Assembly: GCA_964585385.1 (NCBI GenBank)
Contig: CAZPDP010000002.1
Location: forward strand, 26,143 to 90,142
DNA: 64,000 nt
Reading direction: 5' to 3'
From: an uncultured Bacteroidales bacterium
Lineage (GTDB): Bacteria; Bacteroidota; Bacteroidia; Bacteroidales; UBA12077
Part shown: positions 9,913-19,211 of the stretch, piece by piece
Layout: each line of letters opens with the position of its first letter
How positions within the stretch are numbered: the first letter of the stretch is position 1
The notes under the pieces: generated by a model
Told to the model about the DNA's origin: nothing
Databases searched by the model: none
Seen by the model: only the letters and a program-made list of their open reading frames with translations
Made by a program: the position numbers and the translations under genes

Positions 9913-10690
9913 GATGGTTTTGTATTTTGGGTGAACCTTTATATTCTTTGTATAATTTCTTTACGCGTTTAAGAATATAATATTGTTTGGTATTTAGAAT
10001 ATATTCATCGGTAAAATTACAAAAATCCATAAACCTTTTAACTTCCTTACCCTCTAGTCCGGTTATTTCACTTACCAGTTCCCTGTTGTATTTTGCTTCT
10101 ATTTTTTGCTGCTTAATTTGGTGCTTTTGGATTTCCATCATTTTTCGTTTTTCTTTTCCTTCATCACTAAACATTGAATACAGAAAAGAAACCGGGTTCA
10201 TGATGCTGGGCTCGTGGGGAATAATAGTGTCAGGTCTTAGCGGAATACCCCGCCATAACAGGGGATGGATATTTTCTTTTGGATTTTCTGTTTCGAGGCT
10301 CATAAATTTATTCTTGAATTCCCGGTAAGTCCCCCACGGAGTGATTTCAACCTCGCTGATCTCATAAAGTTTTTCTTCCATGGGAATGCTCTCAAATACG
10401 TAAGGCTGATATTTCCCGTCATATACATATCTTTTGCTTTCATAGCCTATTGAGGTGATTAAAAGCGTATCGCCACGGTTCACCTTTATCCTGAAAATTC
10501 CCAGAGTATCAGTAATAGTGGCATTGAACCTGTCCAGGTTTATTACATGGGCAAATTCAACCGGTTTAAAATTTTTTTCGTTATAAACATTCCCAAGAAT
10601 AGTTGTAAGGGAGTCTTTTTCCTGCGCCTGGGCAAAACCAAAACACAGAAACATCATAAATCCCGCAGCACTATTTTTTAGTATGGACAA
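9878..10690 (-). CDS. Secreted protein with carboxypeptidase-regulatory-like N-terminal domain
   Basis: Signal peptide (FMMFLCFGFAQAQ) followed by ILGNVYN...GIFRIKVNRGDTLLITSIGYESK, a CarboxypepD_reg-like pattern; 3' end overlaps the next gene by 35 nt. Confidence 0.5.
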   Translation of the reverse strand: MSILKNSAAGFMMFLCFGFAQAQEKDSLTTILGNVYNEKNFKPVEFAHVINLDRFNATITDTLGIFRIKVNRGDTLLITSIGYESKRYVYDGKYQPYVFESIPMEEKLYEISEVEITPWGTYREFKNKFMSLETENPKENIHPLLWRGIPLRPDTIIPHEPSIMNPVSFLYSMFSDEGKEKRKMMEIQKHQIKQQKIEAKYNRELVSEITGLEGKEVKRFMDFCNFTDEYILNTKQYYILKRVKKLYKEYKGSPKIQNHHESADTNIQRY

Positions 10691-10815
10691 ATTGTTTTTA
10701 TTTGTAAATGTAACAGGTTATTAACAAATTCCCACACCAGACAGTTTATTTAACAAAAATTAACAGCTATCCATGTGAATTCTTAGAATCGATTTCAGAA
10801 ACTTTCTTTTTTCCT

Positions 10816-10823
10816 TAATTTTG
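10816..10823 (+). promoter_or_regulatory. -7 promoter box TAATTTTG
   Basis: Exact TAnnTTTG match 21 nt upstream of the dapD ATG. Confidence 0.5.
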
Positions 10824-10844
10824 CGATAAATAAAATAAAATGTA

Positions 10845-11657
10845 ATGAATTATAAAGAAGAAATCAAAAAAATTTGGGAAGACCGAACCCTCCTGAAAAA
10901 AGAGTCGAACCGGAAAATGATACGGGAAATCATTGAAGAACTGGATAAGGGCAGGTTAAGGGTTGCTGAGCCCCATAATGGTTCCTGGAAAGTGAACGAT
11001 TGGGTTAAAATGGCTGTTATTCTTTACTTTCCAATCCAACAGATGAAAAAGATAGAGGTCCCTCCTTTTGAATTCTATGATAAAATAGATTTGAAGAAGG
11101 ATTATGATAAGCTCGGCGCCCGTGTGGTTCCCCATGCGATCGCCAGGTACGGTTCATTCCTGGCCGGCAATGTGGTTATGATGCCTTCATACGTGAATAT
11201 CGGCTCCTATGTGGATTCCGGCTCAATGATTGACACCTGGGCTACTGTGGGGTCCTGTGCACAGATTGGGAAAAATGTTCATCTAAGCGGAGGAGTGGGA
11301 ATCGGTGGTGTGCTGGAACCGGTTCAGGCCGCCCCGGTAATCGTGGAAGATAACTGCTTCATCGGGTCACGGTCTATAGTAGTGGAAGGCGTCAGAGTAA
11401 AAAAAGAAGCGGTAATCGGTGCGAATGTTACCATTACCAAATCAACTCATATTATTGATGTTTCCGGTTCTGAAGCTAAAACATATCACGGTGAAATCCC
11501 AGAACGGTCTGTGGTTATACCGGGCAGTTATACCAAGCAATTTCCGGCAGGTGAGTACCAGGTGCAATGTGCTCTGATTATTGGTAAAAGAAAAGAAAGC
11601 ACAGACGTTAAAACATCGCTAAATGATGCATTGAGAGATTTTAATGTTTCTGTTTAA
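10845..11657 (+). CDS. dapD: 2,3,4,5-tetrahydropyridine-2,6-dicarboxylate N-succinyltransferase
   Basis: 270 aa; left-handed beta-helix hexapeptide region (GKNVHLSGGVGIGGVLEP...VEDNCFIGSRS) with DapD-type N-terminus. Confidence 0.9.
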   Translation: MNYKEEIKKIWEDRTLLKKESNRKMIREIIEELDKGRLRVAEPHNGSWKVNDWVKMAVILYFPIQQMKKIEVPPFEFYDKIDLKKDYDKLGARVVPHAIARYGSFLAGNVVMMPSYVNIGSYVDSGSMIDTWATVGSCAQIGKNVHLSGGVGIGGVLEPVQAAPVIVEDNCFIGSRSIVVEGVRVKKEAVIGANVTITKSTHIIDVSGSEAKTYHGEIPERSVVIPGSYTKQFPAGEYQVQCALIIGKRKESTDVKTSLNDALRDFNVSV

Positions 11658-11666
11658 TCTGGCTTA

Positions 11667-12647
11667 ATGAAACAGTTTCTAATCATTCAGACAGCTTTTA
11701 TTGGAGATGTCATTCTTTCGACTTCTGTTATTGAAAAAATTCGGAAGGAGTATCCCGGGGCTGAAATTGATTTCTTGCTGAGAAAAGGCAATGAAAATCT
11801 TTTGCAGGCTAATCCCCAACTAAGAAACCTGTTCATTCTGGATAAGAAGAGGCAGAAGTTCAGGAATGTCTTCCGTGTCATAAAAACCATCAGGCAATAC
11901 AAATATGATCATGTGATCAATCTGCAGCGTTTTGCCACTACCGGGGTAATTACACTTTTTTCCCGGGGAAAAGAAAAAATCGGTTTCGATAAAAACCCGC
12001 TGGCTGTATTTTATGATCTTAAAATTAAGCATAAAATAGGAAACGGAGAGCATGAAACCGAGCGTAACTTAAAGACAGTCCAGCACTTGACCGGGAAAGG
12101 ATATGCCAAACCCAAACTATATCCTTCAGAGAAAGATTATGACAGGGTAAAACAGTTTAAGAATTCTTCATTTATCACTTTAGCTCCTGCTTCAGTATGG
12201 TATACCAAGCAGTTTCCGCCAGAAAAATGGATTGAATTTTTAAATAAGTCAGACAGCCAATATCAGGTTTATTTAACCGGGGGACCCGGTGACAGAGAGG
12301 CTTGCAATGCAATAAAAGATAAAACCACACATCCCAATGTTACAGTTCTTGCAGGGGAGTTATCTCTGCTGCAAACAGCTGCTCTGATGGCAGATGCTAA
12401 GCAGAATTATGTCAATGATTCAGCTCCACTGCACCTGGCTTCGGCAATGGATGCACCGGTAACTGCCGTTTTTTGTTCCACCGTTCCGGAATTTGGCTTT
12501 TATCCTGTTTCGGAAAACTCGAAAATCGTTGAAACTCAAGTTGACCTTGATTGTCGGCCATGCGGTCTTCATGGGTATAAAGCCTGTCCGCTTGGTCATT
12601 TCAAATGCGCCCATACCATAGATATCGACAGATTGTTGCCGGATTAA
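11667..12647 (+). CDS. Glycosyltransferase family 9 (heptosyltransferase-like)
   Basis: N-terminal IIQTAFIGDVILST and C-terminal NDSAPLHLASAM motifs typical of GT9. Confidence 0.8.
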   Translation: MKQFLIIQTAFIGDVILSTSVIEKIRKEYPGAEIDFLLRKGNENLLQANPQLRNLFILDKKRQKFRNVFRVIKTIRQYKYDHVINLQRFATTGVITLFSRGKEKIGFDKNPLAVFYDLKIKHKIGNGEHETERNLKTVQHLTGKGYAKPKLYPSEKDYDRVKQFKNSSFITLAPASVWYTKQFPPEKWIEFLNKSDSQYQVYLTGGPGDREACNAIKDKTTHPNVTVLAGELSLLQTAALMADAKQNYVNDSAPLHLASAMDAPVTAVFCSTVPEFGFYPVSENSKIVETQVDLDCRPCGLHGYKACPLGHFKCAHTIDIDRLLPD

Positions 12648-12725
12648 ATTCGTTGAATAATTACACAAACGACATCTGTATAGAGATTGTTAGAAATTCC
12701 CGGTAGGAAGGGGTATAAAAAAGAC

Positions 12726-12733
12726 TATATTTG
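12726..12733 (+). promoter_or_regulatory. -7 promoter box TATATTTG
   Basis: Exact TAnnTTTG match 58 nt upstream of the ATG at 12792. Confidence 0.4.
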
Positions 12734-12791
12734 TTTCTGATAACGAACACATTGCAAGCAATTTTAAATATGCCTAAACGGTAAACTCTTG

Positions 12792-14417
12792 ATGAATTGG
12801 CTTAAAAAGATATTAAATTTTTTTAATAAGCATGAATTAACATTCTATTTTGTTTTTATTCTGCTTATCGTTTTTACCTTTTCATTTTCCCGATATATGC
12901 TGAGAGCCTGGGAAATTATGCTGGTGGTGTTGTTGTTTATTGGTGGAAATTACGATTTAAAATGGCGGAGACTGAAAAAGAACAGGGCTTTGCTTGTGAT
13001 GTCTTCATTTTTTTTCATGTATGTGATTGCAATCCTTTATACCCCAAACTGGGCAGACGGAACAAAACACCTGAGAGCTTTCCTTCCCTGGCTTGGATTA
13101 CCTGTTGTTATTGCAGCTTACCCAGCTTTCAGCAAAAGAAAAATGCTGATTGTTCTTAAAGTTTTCGTATTAGGAGTTGTATTGCATACCCTGCTAAGTT
13201 TGCTGGCCTATTGGGGCGTTTTTTGGGAAGTTGAGACATTCAGGGATTTAGGTCTTTTTTATCCATCTCATCGTTTCGCCCTTACCATTGTGCTTGGGAT
13301 ATTTTTTATGTCCCACATTATTATCAGTGAGTGGCAGAATTTATCCCCCAGTTCTAAATGGATATATCTTACTGCTTTAGTATGGCTAACCGGATTTTTA
13401 CTGTTCACCAGAAATTTGACCGGAATTTTGATTTTTATCATGACTACCCTGGGGTATGGGGTTTATTTATTATTTTCCACCCGCAACAGGATAGTTCATT
13501 TTACCAGTATTACCTTCTTTCTCATTGTTCTGCTTTTTTTCGCTTTTCAGATTTACCGGATACACCAATTGTTTTGGACTGTCCCGGAGCCTGAAGAAAT
13601 GGTGCTGGACAAAACCACGGCCCGGGGTAATCCCTATTTTCATGATACTACAGCCATTGAGCTTGAAAACGGGCATTACATAGACTTATATGTATGCAAA
13701 AAAGAATTGAAAAAACAGTGGAGCAAAATGAGCAATATTCCCTACAGTGGTAAAGCTGATAACGGTGGAGAAATAAGCGAAGTGTTGAAAAAATATCTGA
13801 CTTCTAAAGGATTAAGAAAAGATTCTGTGGGGATGAGCAATCTTTCAAAGGAGGATATCCGAGCTATAGAAGAGGGAACCATTAATTATAAATTCAGGAA
13901 TTATGATCTTACGGACAGGCTATATAACCTGGGCAGAGAGTTATATCTTTCGAAACAGGTGGGTAAACCAACAGGTACTTTGACTAAACGGCTTTTTGCT
14001 ATAAAAAACGGCCTGCTTATCTGGAAAGAGAAACCCTGGCTGGGACACGGAGTTCGAACATTAAAGCGTGTTTATGAAAATTACTATGAAGAACGTCATT
14101 TATCAGGAAACAATTATTTTGTTACCGCCCATAATCAATATGTCAGGTACTTAATAGAATTTGGAGTTTTAGGACTTGCCTGGTTTTTATTTTCGATTTT
14201 TTACCCTTATTTTGCCATTTCAGGTTACAGGAAATTCCTTTTTAACTGCATGTTTGCCTATTTTTTAATAGCATCCATTATGAATAATACATTCAGTTCT
14301 CAACTGGCTATAACCATCTGGGTTACTTTTTATTCAGTGTTTTTTGTTTATATAAATGCCGGTTATCAAGGGAGTTTGGACGAGATTTCTGCTAATAAAA
14401 ATAAATCTGCTATATAA
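12792..14417 (+). CDS. O-antigen ligase / Wzy_C family membrane protein
   Basis: Many TM segments plus a soluble loop; conserved TAHNQYVRYLIEFGVLG motif; TTG at 12789, ATG at 12792. Confidence 0.7.
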   Translation: MNWLKKILNFFNKHELTFYFVFILLIVFTFSFSRYMLRAWEIMLVVLLFIGGNYDLKWRRLKKNRALLVMSSFFFMYVIAILYTPNWADGTKHLRAFLPWLGLPVVIAAYPAFSKRKMLIVLKVFVLGVVLHTLLSLLAYWGVFWEVETFRDLGLFYPSHRFALTIVLGIFFMSHIIISEWQNLSPSSKWIYLTALVWLTGFLLFTRNLTGILIFIMTTLGYGVYLLFSTRNRIVHFTSITFFLIVLLFFAFQIYRIHQLFWTVPEPEEMVLDKTTARGNPYFHDTTAIELENGHYIDLYVCKKELKKQWSKMSNIPYSGKADNGGEISEVLKKYLTSKGLRKDSVGMSNLSKEDIRAIEEGTINYKFRNYDLTDRLYNLGRELYLSKQVGKPTGTLTKRLFAIKNGLLIWKEKPWLGHGVRTLKRVYENYYEERHLSGNNYFVTAHNQYVRYLIEFGVLGLAWFLFSIFYPYFAISGYRKFLFNCMFAYFLIASIMNNTFSSQLAITIWVTFYSVFFVYINAGYQGSLDEISANKNKSAI

Positions 14418-15262
14418 TGTACAAGGCTTCTGTCGTGGTTTCTTTCTACAATAAGATCAATGAGTTGAAACTGGTTTTGGCCGGACTGGAAAGACAAACA
14501 GCGACAAATTTTGAAGTTATTATTGCTGATGACGGTTCTGGTGAAGAAGCTATAGCTGAACTGAAAAAGACCATTGAAAGTTCACCCCTGCCTGTTCAGC
14601 ATCTATGGCATGAAGATAAAGGCTTCCGTAAAACCAGGATCCTGAATAAAGCCATTGTAAAAAGCCACAGCGAATATCTGATTTTTCTCGATGGCGACTG
14701 CATTCCGCATTACCGTTTTGTTGAAGAACATATAACGAACAGTCAGAAAGGGATGGCGCTTACAGGCAGGCGTGTGAATCTTCCAAAGAGAATATCAGAT
14801 TCATTGGATCCAAATAAAGTCAGGAAGGGTTCGCTTGAAAAATTCTACCTTTTAAAAGTCCTTAAAGAATTGTTTTATTCTGATGAAAGAAGGCGTCAAT
14901 TGGAGAATGGATTTTACGTTAGAAGCCGCTATTTAAGGAAATTTATAAACAACAAGAAGAAAGGCATTCTGGGTTCCAATTTTTCAGCATATAAAGAAGA
15001 CCTATACAAAGTAAACGGTTTTGACGAGCGGTATAATTATCCCGCCTGCGGCGAAGATACAGACATTGAAATGAGACTGAGAAGGGCAGGGATGAAAGTA
15101 AGGAACCTGAAGCACATTGCTATTCAGTTTCATCTCTTCCACAAGCAATTGCCCAGAGATGAGAGAAGACTTGAAGTTTACAGTTATAACCTGGAAAAGA
15201 ATATTGTTTTCACACCTTTTGGAATCAACCAAACCCAAAGTCAAACCGGAGAGAACTTATGA
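14417..15262 (+). CDS. Glycosyltransferase family 2
   Basis: VVVSFYNK, IIADDGS and FLDGDC (DxD) motifs; start overlaps the upstream stop by 1 nt. Confidence 0.85.
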   Translation: MYKASVVVSFYNKINELKLVLAGLERQTATNFEVIIADDGSGEEAIAELKKTIESSPLPVQHLWHEDKGFRKTRILNKAIVKSHSEYLIFLDGDCIPHYRFVEEHITNSQKGMALTGRRVNLPKRISDSLDPNKVRKGSLEKFYLLKVLKELFYSDERRRQLENGFYVRSRYLRKFINNKKKGILGSNFSAYKEDLYKVNGFDERYNYPACGEDTDIEMRLRRAGMKVRNLKHIAIQFHLFHKQLPRDERRLEVYSYNLEKNIVFTPFGINQTQSQTGENL

Positions 15263-16080
15263 AAATCAGAGCCAAAACATCTTTAGAGTCTTTCCACACC
15301 CTTACCAGCAAACTGGATAAGCATAAGAGGCTTTTTTTTACGCGATTTGGCGATGGCGAAGTGGTTGCAATGATGGGTAAAGATCACCGGAATTATACCA
15401 CCAGCGAAGGACTTGTAGAGGAGCTGAAAGAATCTTTCACGATTGATAGTCCTCAATACCTGATGGCTCTTACCATCAATATTCCTTATGAAAAGAAAAT
15501 GGCACCCGGTGTGTTTGAGCGGTTTTCCAGTAACGATAGTTTGCTCAGGTTTTTAGAACAAAATGACCTGTTAATACAGGAAGAATATGAAAGCCCCATC
15601 CTGTTTCATTATCTTTCAGTTTTTTACCCTGATATGATGTATGACTTTTTTGAAACATACATCCGGCCATGCAGGAAGATGTTTATTGGTTGCACGCCTC
15701 GGGAAGTAGCCGAAAAACTTTATGGCAAAATTGACTATTATGTGCCCATACCTTTACGCAATGCTTACAATACGATTGATGCCTGGTGGCCTGAAATAGA
15801 AAAACACGTGAATGATGTGGGTTTGGTGCTCCCATCCGCAGGAGCTGCCTCCAATGTGATTAGTAAACGGTTGTGGAAGATGGGACAGGAGATTCATTTG
15901 CTCGATATCGGTTCCATTGTGGATGCCATTGAGGGTAAAAAGACCCGGACATGGATAAGGCTGCAGGGGCACCAGGTGGAGAAGATATTACCAAAGGAAT
16001 ACCAGAACCGGAGTCTCCTGAAAAAACTATCCAACTTTATAAATAACCTGAAATATTTCTACAGGCGGTATTTTAAGTAG
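15259..16080 (+). CDS. Putative GT-D-type (DUF1792-like) glycosyltransferase
   Basis: N-terminal FTRFGDGE motif recalled from DUF1792/GT-D enzymes; ATGA overlap with the upstream GT2 gene. Confidence 0.45.
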   Translation: MKIRAKTSLESFHTLTSKLDKHKRLFFTRFGDGEVVAMMGKDHRNYTTSEGLVEELKESFTIDSPQYLMALTINIPYEKKMAPGVFERFSSNDSLLRFLEQNDLLIQEEYESPILFHYLSVFYPDMMYDFFETYIRPCRKMFIGCTPREVAEKLYGKIDYYVPIPLRNAYNTIDAWWPEIEKHVNDVGLVLPSAGAASNVISKRLWKMGQEIHLLDIGSIVDAIEGKKTRTWIRLQGHQVEKILPKEYQNRSLLKKLSNFINNLKYFYRRYFK

Positions 16081-16090
16081 CCGGTTACAC

Positions 16091-16918
16091 TTATACAGGA
16101 TTGTTTACCCTGGCATATTCCAGGCACTTCTCCCAGTCATCCCGGTATGATTCCCTGATTTCATTCAATACCGGTTGTGGAATTAACGGTTCTTCTGAAA
16201 ACCAGGAATCAGGTAACATTAAGGCAGTATATAGCGTTGTATAACGGATAGCTGCCACGTAGAAATGCCGGAGTTTATCCAGCACTTTATTTTTTAACCG
16301 GATATGCGGCTGAATGTTGATTTTTCTTCCCACTGCCAGGGTTGCTTTCATTTGTTTTTCATTATATGAGATGTGTTTTTTAGAAAGAGAAATATCATCA
16401 GGGTTATACTCAGCACCCATATAACGCGCAAGGCGATCGATAAACTCCATGGGATCCTTTTTCATTTCATCGTAGAATAAAACCAGGGGTTTGTTGGAAA
16501 AGTATTTTTCAAGGGTCCGGATTTTGTCGTAAAACCGCAATTCTTTTTTACCCCATTGCCCCGTATCGTTTTTATGATCGAAGAATTCCGTGAAACTCCA
16601 GGGGTACCCGTTTTTTGCATATCTCCTGTATTGTGAGGCAATCCAGCTATCGTGCCTGCGAAGGATAATGATGGGTTTGGCATCCGGGAAATAACCGGAG
16701 ATAAATTTAGATTCCCGTTCCAGGTATTTGTCAAATTCCCTGGAGATTAGAAATTTATTGTAATTGCTTTTTTGAATGATTTGGGGGGATTTCCAGTATT
16801 TCGTCCGCTGTATATACCGAATATTCTTAAATTTGGGAAAAACCTTGTATTGAAGGTAGGTTGAGGCTACTTTCCCAAGCCCTACATGAAAAAAAACTTC
16901 TTTATTCTGATCCATCAT
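16091..16918 (-). CDS. Putative sulfotransferase
   Basis: P-loop-like 5'-PSB motif (HVGLGKVASTYLQ) and 3'-PB-like motif (ILRRHDSWIASQY); located in a glycan cluster. Confidence 0.55.
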   Translation of the reverse strand: MMDQNKEVFFHVGLGKVASTYLQYKVFPKFKNIRYIQRTKYWKSPQIIQKSNYNKFLISREFDKYLERESKFISGYFPDAKPIIILRRHDSWIASQYRRYAKNGYPWSFTEFFDHKNDTGQWGKKELRFYDKIRTLEKYFSNKPLVLFYDEMKKDPMEFIDRLARYMGAEYNPDDISLSKKHISYNEKQMKATLAVGRKINIQPHIRLKNKVLDKLRHFYVAAIRYTTLYTALMLPDSWFSEEPLIPQPVLNEIRESYRDDWEKCLEYARVNNPV

Positions 16919-16967
16919 ACCTAATTTTGAAGGAATTATCGTTAAATGCTTAATTACTTGAAGGCCT

Positions 16968-16975
16968 CAAAATTA
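16968..16975 (-). promoter_or_regulatory. -7 promoter box (TAATTTTG on the minus strand)
   Basis: CAAAATTA on the plus strand, 49 nt upstream of the sulfotransferase-like start. Confidence 0.35.
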
Positions 16976-17042
16976 GCCAAAAATTTGAGTTTTTTATGAA
17001 TATTTTCTCATCTTCATTTTGGAAACAAAATAGGAGAGTCCG

Positions 17043-17990
17043 CTATCTTTTTCTCAGGAGAATCCAGTTTCTTGTGCCACCAATAGTTTTTTCCCCCAGG
17101 ATACTGTTTTCTATCCACGAAACAACTTTGTTTTTGAGCTTCTCATGCCTGAGTTTTCGCCTGGTTTTAGGGTAAGGACCTGAATAGTAAAGCTCTTCCT
17201 TCCAGTCAAATTGTTGAATCCAGTCTTTCATGACAGCCGGGTGAGTGCCTTTGAACTTTTTTATCTTGTTGAGGGGCCCATAATCAAAATTCAGGTCATC
17301 AAACCGTTGCTCTGTTTCTTCCTTTCCACGGTGAATGACTGAAAAAGCTTTCATCTTTTTTTTCATGAGGTGGGGTGGACGAACCCAACCGTAATGAAAA
17401 ATGTGTGCTTTTAAAGGGATGACCTTAAGTTTATAGGTACCTTCTTTTTGCCGGTAATGGACACCGTCAAAATTGGGAATGCGCCGGAATGATTGAGCAG
17501 ACCGCCATGAGTGAATATCCGGGCGGTTCCGTATGATTCGGATTTCTTTCTTGTACCAGCCGTGTGCTTTGTGGTAATGGTTATAATCACCAAAAAAGTG
17601 ATAGTAGTTGAAGAGCATCCCTTCCACTTCCGCGTCATTCACATATTTTTCACATTTTTTTTTAATAAGGGGCAAATCGTCTTCATGAACCACTTCGTCA
17701 GCCTGGAGATAAAATAGCCAGTCACCTGAGCAGGCTTCTCTGGCAATATCTGTCTGGTGAGCATGCTCCATTCCGTACGGGTATTTTTCCAGGTCCCATT
17801 CGGTATCAATGATTTTTACTTTTGGACTGTTTATTGATTCCACTTCTTTCCGCGTCCTGTCCCCGGAGTCTCCTTTACCTATGGCAATGACAAACTCATC
17901 ACAAATGGGCAGGATTGATTCAATGGATTGCTTGACAGGATAGTATAATTTGCTGGCATTGCGAGCCATACTGAACCCACTAATTTTCAT
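17043..17990 (-). CDS. Glycosyltransferase family 2-like
   Basis: N-terminal ISGFSMARNASKLYYPVKQSIESILPICDEFVIAIG and LQADEV acidic motif. Confidence 0.6.
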   Translation of the reverse strand: MKISGFSMARNASKLYYPVKQSIESILPICDEFVIAIGKGDSGDRTRKEVESINSPKVKIIDTEWDLEKYPYGMEHAHQTDIAREACSGDWLFYLQADEVVHEDDLPLIKKKCEKYVNDAEVEGMLFNYYHFFGDYNHYHKAHGWYKKEIRIIRNRPDIHSWRSAQSFRRIPNFDGVHYRQKEGTYKLKVIPLKAHIFHYGWVRPPHLMKKKMKAFSVIHRGKEETEQRFDDLNFDYGPLNKIKKFKGTHPAVMKDWIQQFDWKEELYYSGPYPKTRRKLRHEKLKNKVVSWIENSILGEKTIGGTRNWILLRKR

Positions 17991-18082
17991 ACGGTTTGTT
18001 TTTTAAAAGGGATATATTTTTGACCAAAGCTAAAGATTTATTTTCAATTCATGAAGATATGAAAACGGAGAGTGTTGGAAGT

Positions 18083-19174
18083 TTACGAATTCATAATGTC
18101 CAGGAACCGCTCGGTCATCTTTTTAAAGCTGAAACGCTCCCGGACAATTTGCTTACCCTTTTCCCCAAACGCATTTTGTAGATTCGGATTATCAGCCAGG
18201 TTTATTAATTTTTCAGCCATCATCTCAATATTATTATCCGGGATGATATAGCCATTTTCTTCATTACTTATAATTTCATCGGTTGCTCCAATATCAAAAG
18301 AAAGCACAGGTTTCTCGGCAGCCATGGCTTCAATAAGTACATATCCAAAACCCTCGTAATAGGAAGGCAGCACAAACACATCAATTCCTTTAAGAAAAAG
18401 CGTAAATGGTTCCACGAAGCCTGCAAAACGAACACAATCTTTCAATCCTTCGTTAATAACCTGATCCCTGAGTTTTCCCTCTTCCGGGCCTTTACCAGCA
18501 ATCCGGAGTGTGAAATTCAGGCCTCTTTCCTTCAAAAGCTTGGCTACTTCAATTAAACGAAGGTGTCCTTTCTCTTTTGATAATCTCCCGGCGGTACCAA
18601 TTACGAATACTCCTTGGTTTCTTTTTTTAATGGATTTTTCATAAGCTTCTGTATCAATTCCGTTGTAAAGTACTTTTATCTTTTCGTTTGGAAACAAACC
18701 GGGATTATTTTGCAGGATAGTATTTTTTGTTTTTTCAGAGTTGGCAATGATTAAGTCAACTGTTTTTTTAAACAGATGTCTGTTAGAAAGACTGTTTTTT
18801 ATAGGTTTGGCGCTTCCCCTGCGATAAATGATTTTTCTCACAGATGCTTTTTTAGCGGCACGGCCCGCAGTTTTTAAATCAGATGGAAGATTAAGAATTA
18901 TATGTGTTATGTTCTTTTTTACCAGGAAATTTTTTAATTGTCTTATAAGCAGCGGTTTTAAGAAGCTAAGGTTGTTAATTTTGAAGGGATGAACAGGTAG
19001 TGAATGCGCCAGGGCTTTCTTGTAAAGTTCGCTTCCGGGATAGGGGCAAAGCATTACCCGAAACCCCTCTTGATGCAGGTGTCTGGCCATTTCAAAATGC
19101 CACTTTTCACCACCACCCCAGTCTTTTGAGGTGTTAAAGAAACAAAAAGTTGTATTTTCTTTGGATGCTTTCAA
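18083..19174 (-). CDS. Glycosyltransferase family 4 (GT-B fold)
   Basis: C-terminal E-x7-E region (PSYYEGFGYVLIEAMAAEKPV); 363 aa. Confidence 0.85.
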   Translation of the reverse strand: MKASKENTTFCFFNTSKDWGGGEKWHFEMARHLHQEGFRVMLCPYPGSELYKKALAHSLPVHPFKINNLSFLKPLLIRQLKNFLVKKNITHIILNLPSDLKTAGRAAKKASVRKIIYRRGSAKPIKNSLSNRHLFKKTVDLIIANSEKTKNTILQNNPGLFPNEKIKVLYNGIDTEAYEKSIKKRNQGVFVIGTAGRLSKEKGHLRLIEVAKLLKERGLNFTLRIAGKGPEEGKLRDQVINEGLKDCVRFAGFVEPFTLFLKGIDVFVLPSYYEGFGYVLIEAMAAEKPVLSFDIGATDEIISNEENGYIIPDNNIEMMAEKLINLADNPNLQNAFGEKGKQIVRERFSFKKMTERFLDIMNS

Positions 19175-19211
19175 ACTGAGTTGGATTTGAATCTCATATT
19201 ACCCGGCGATT

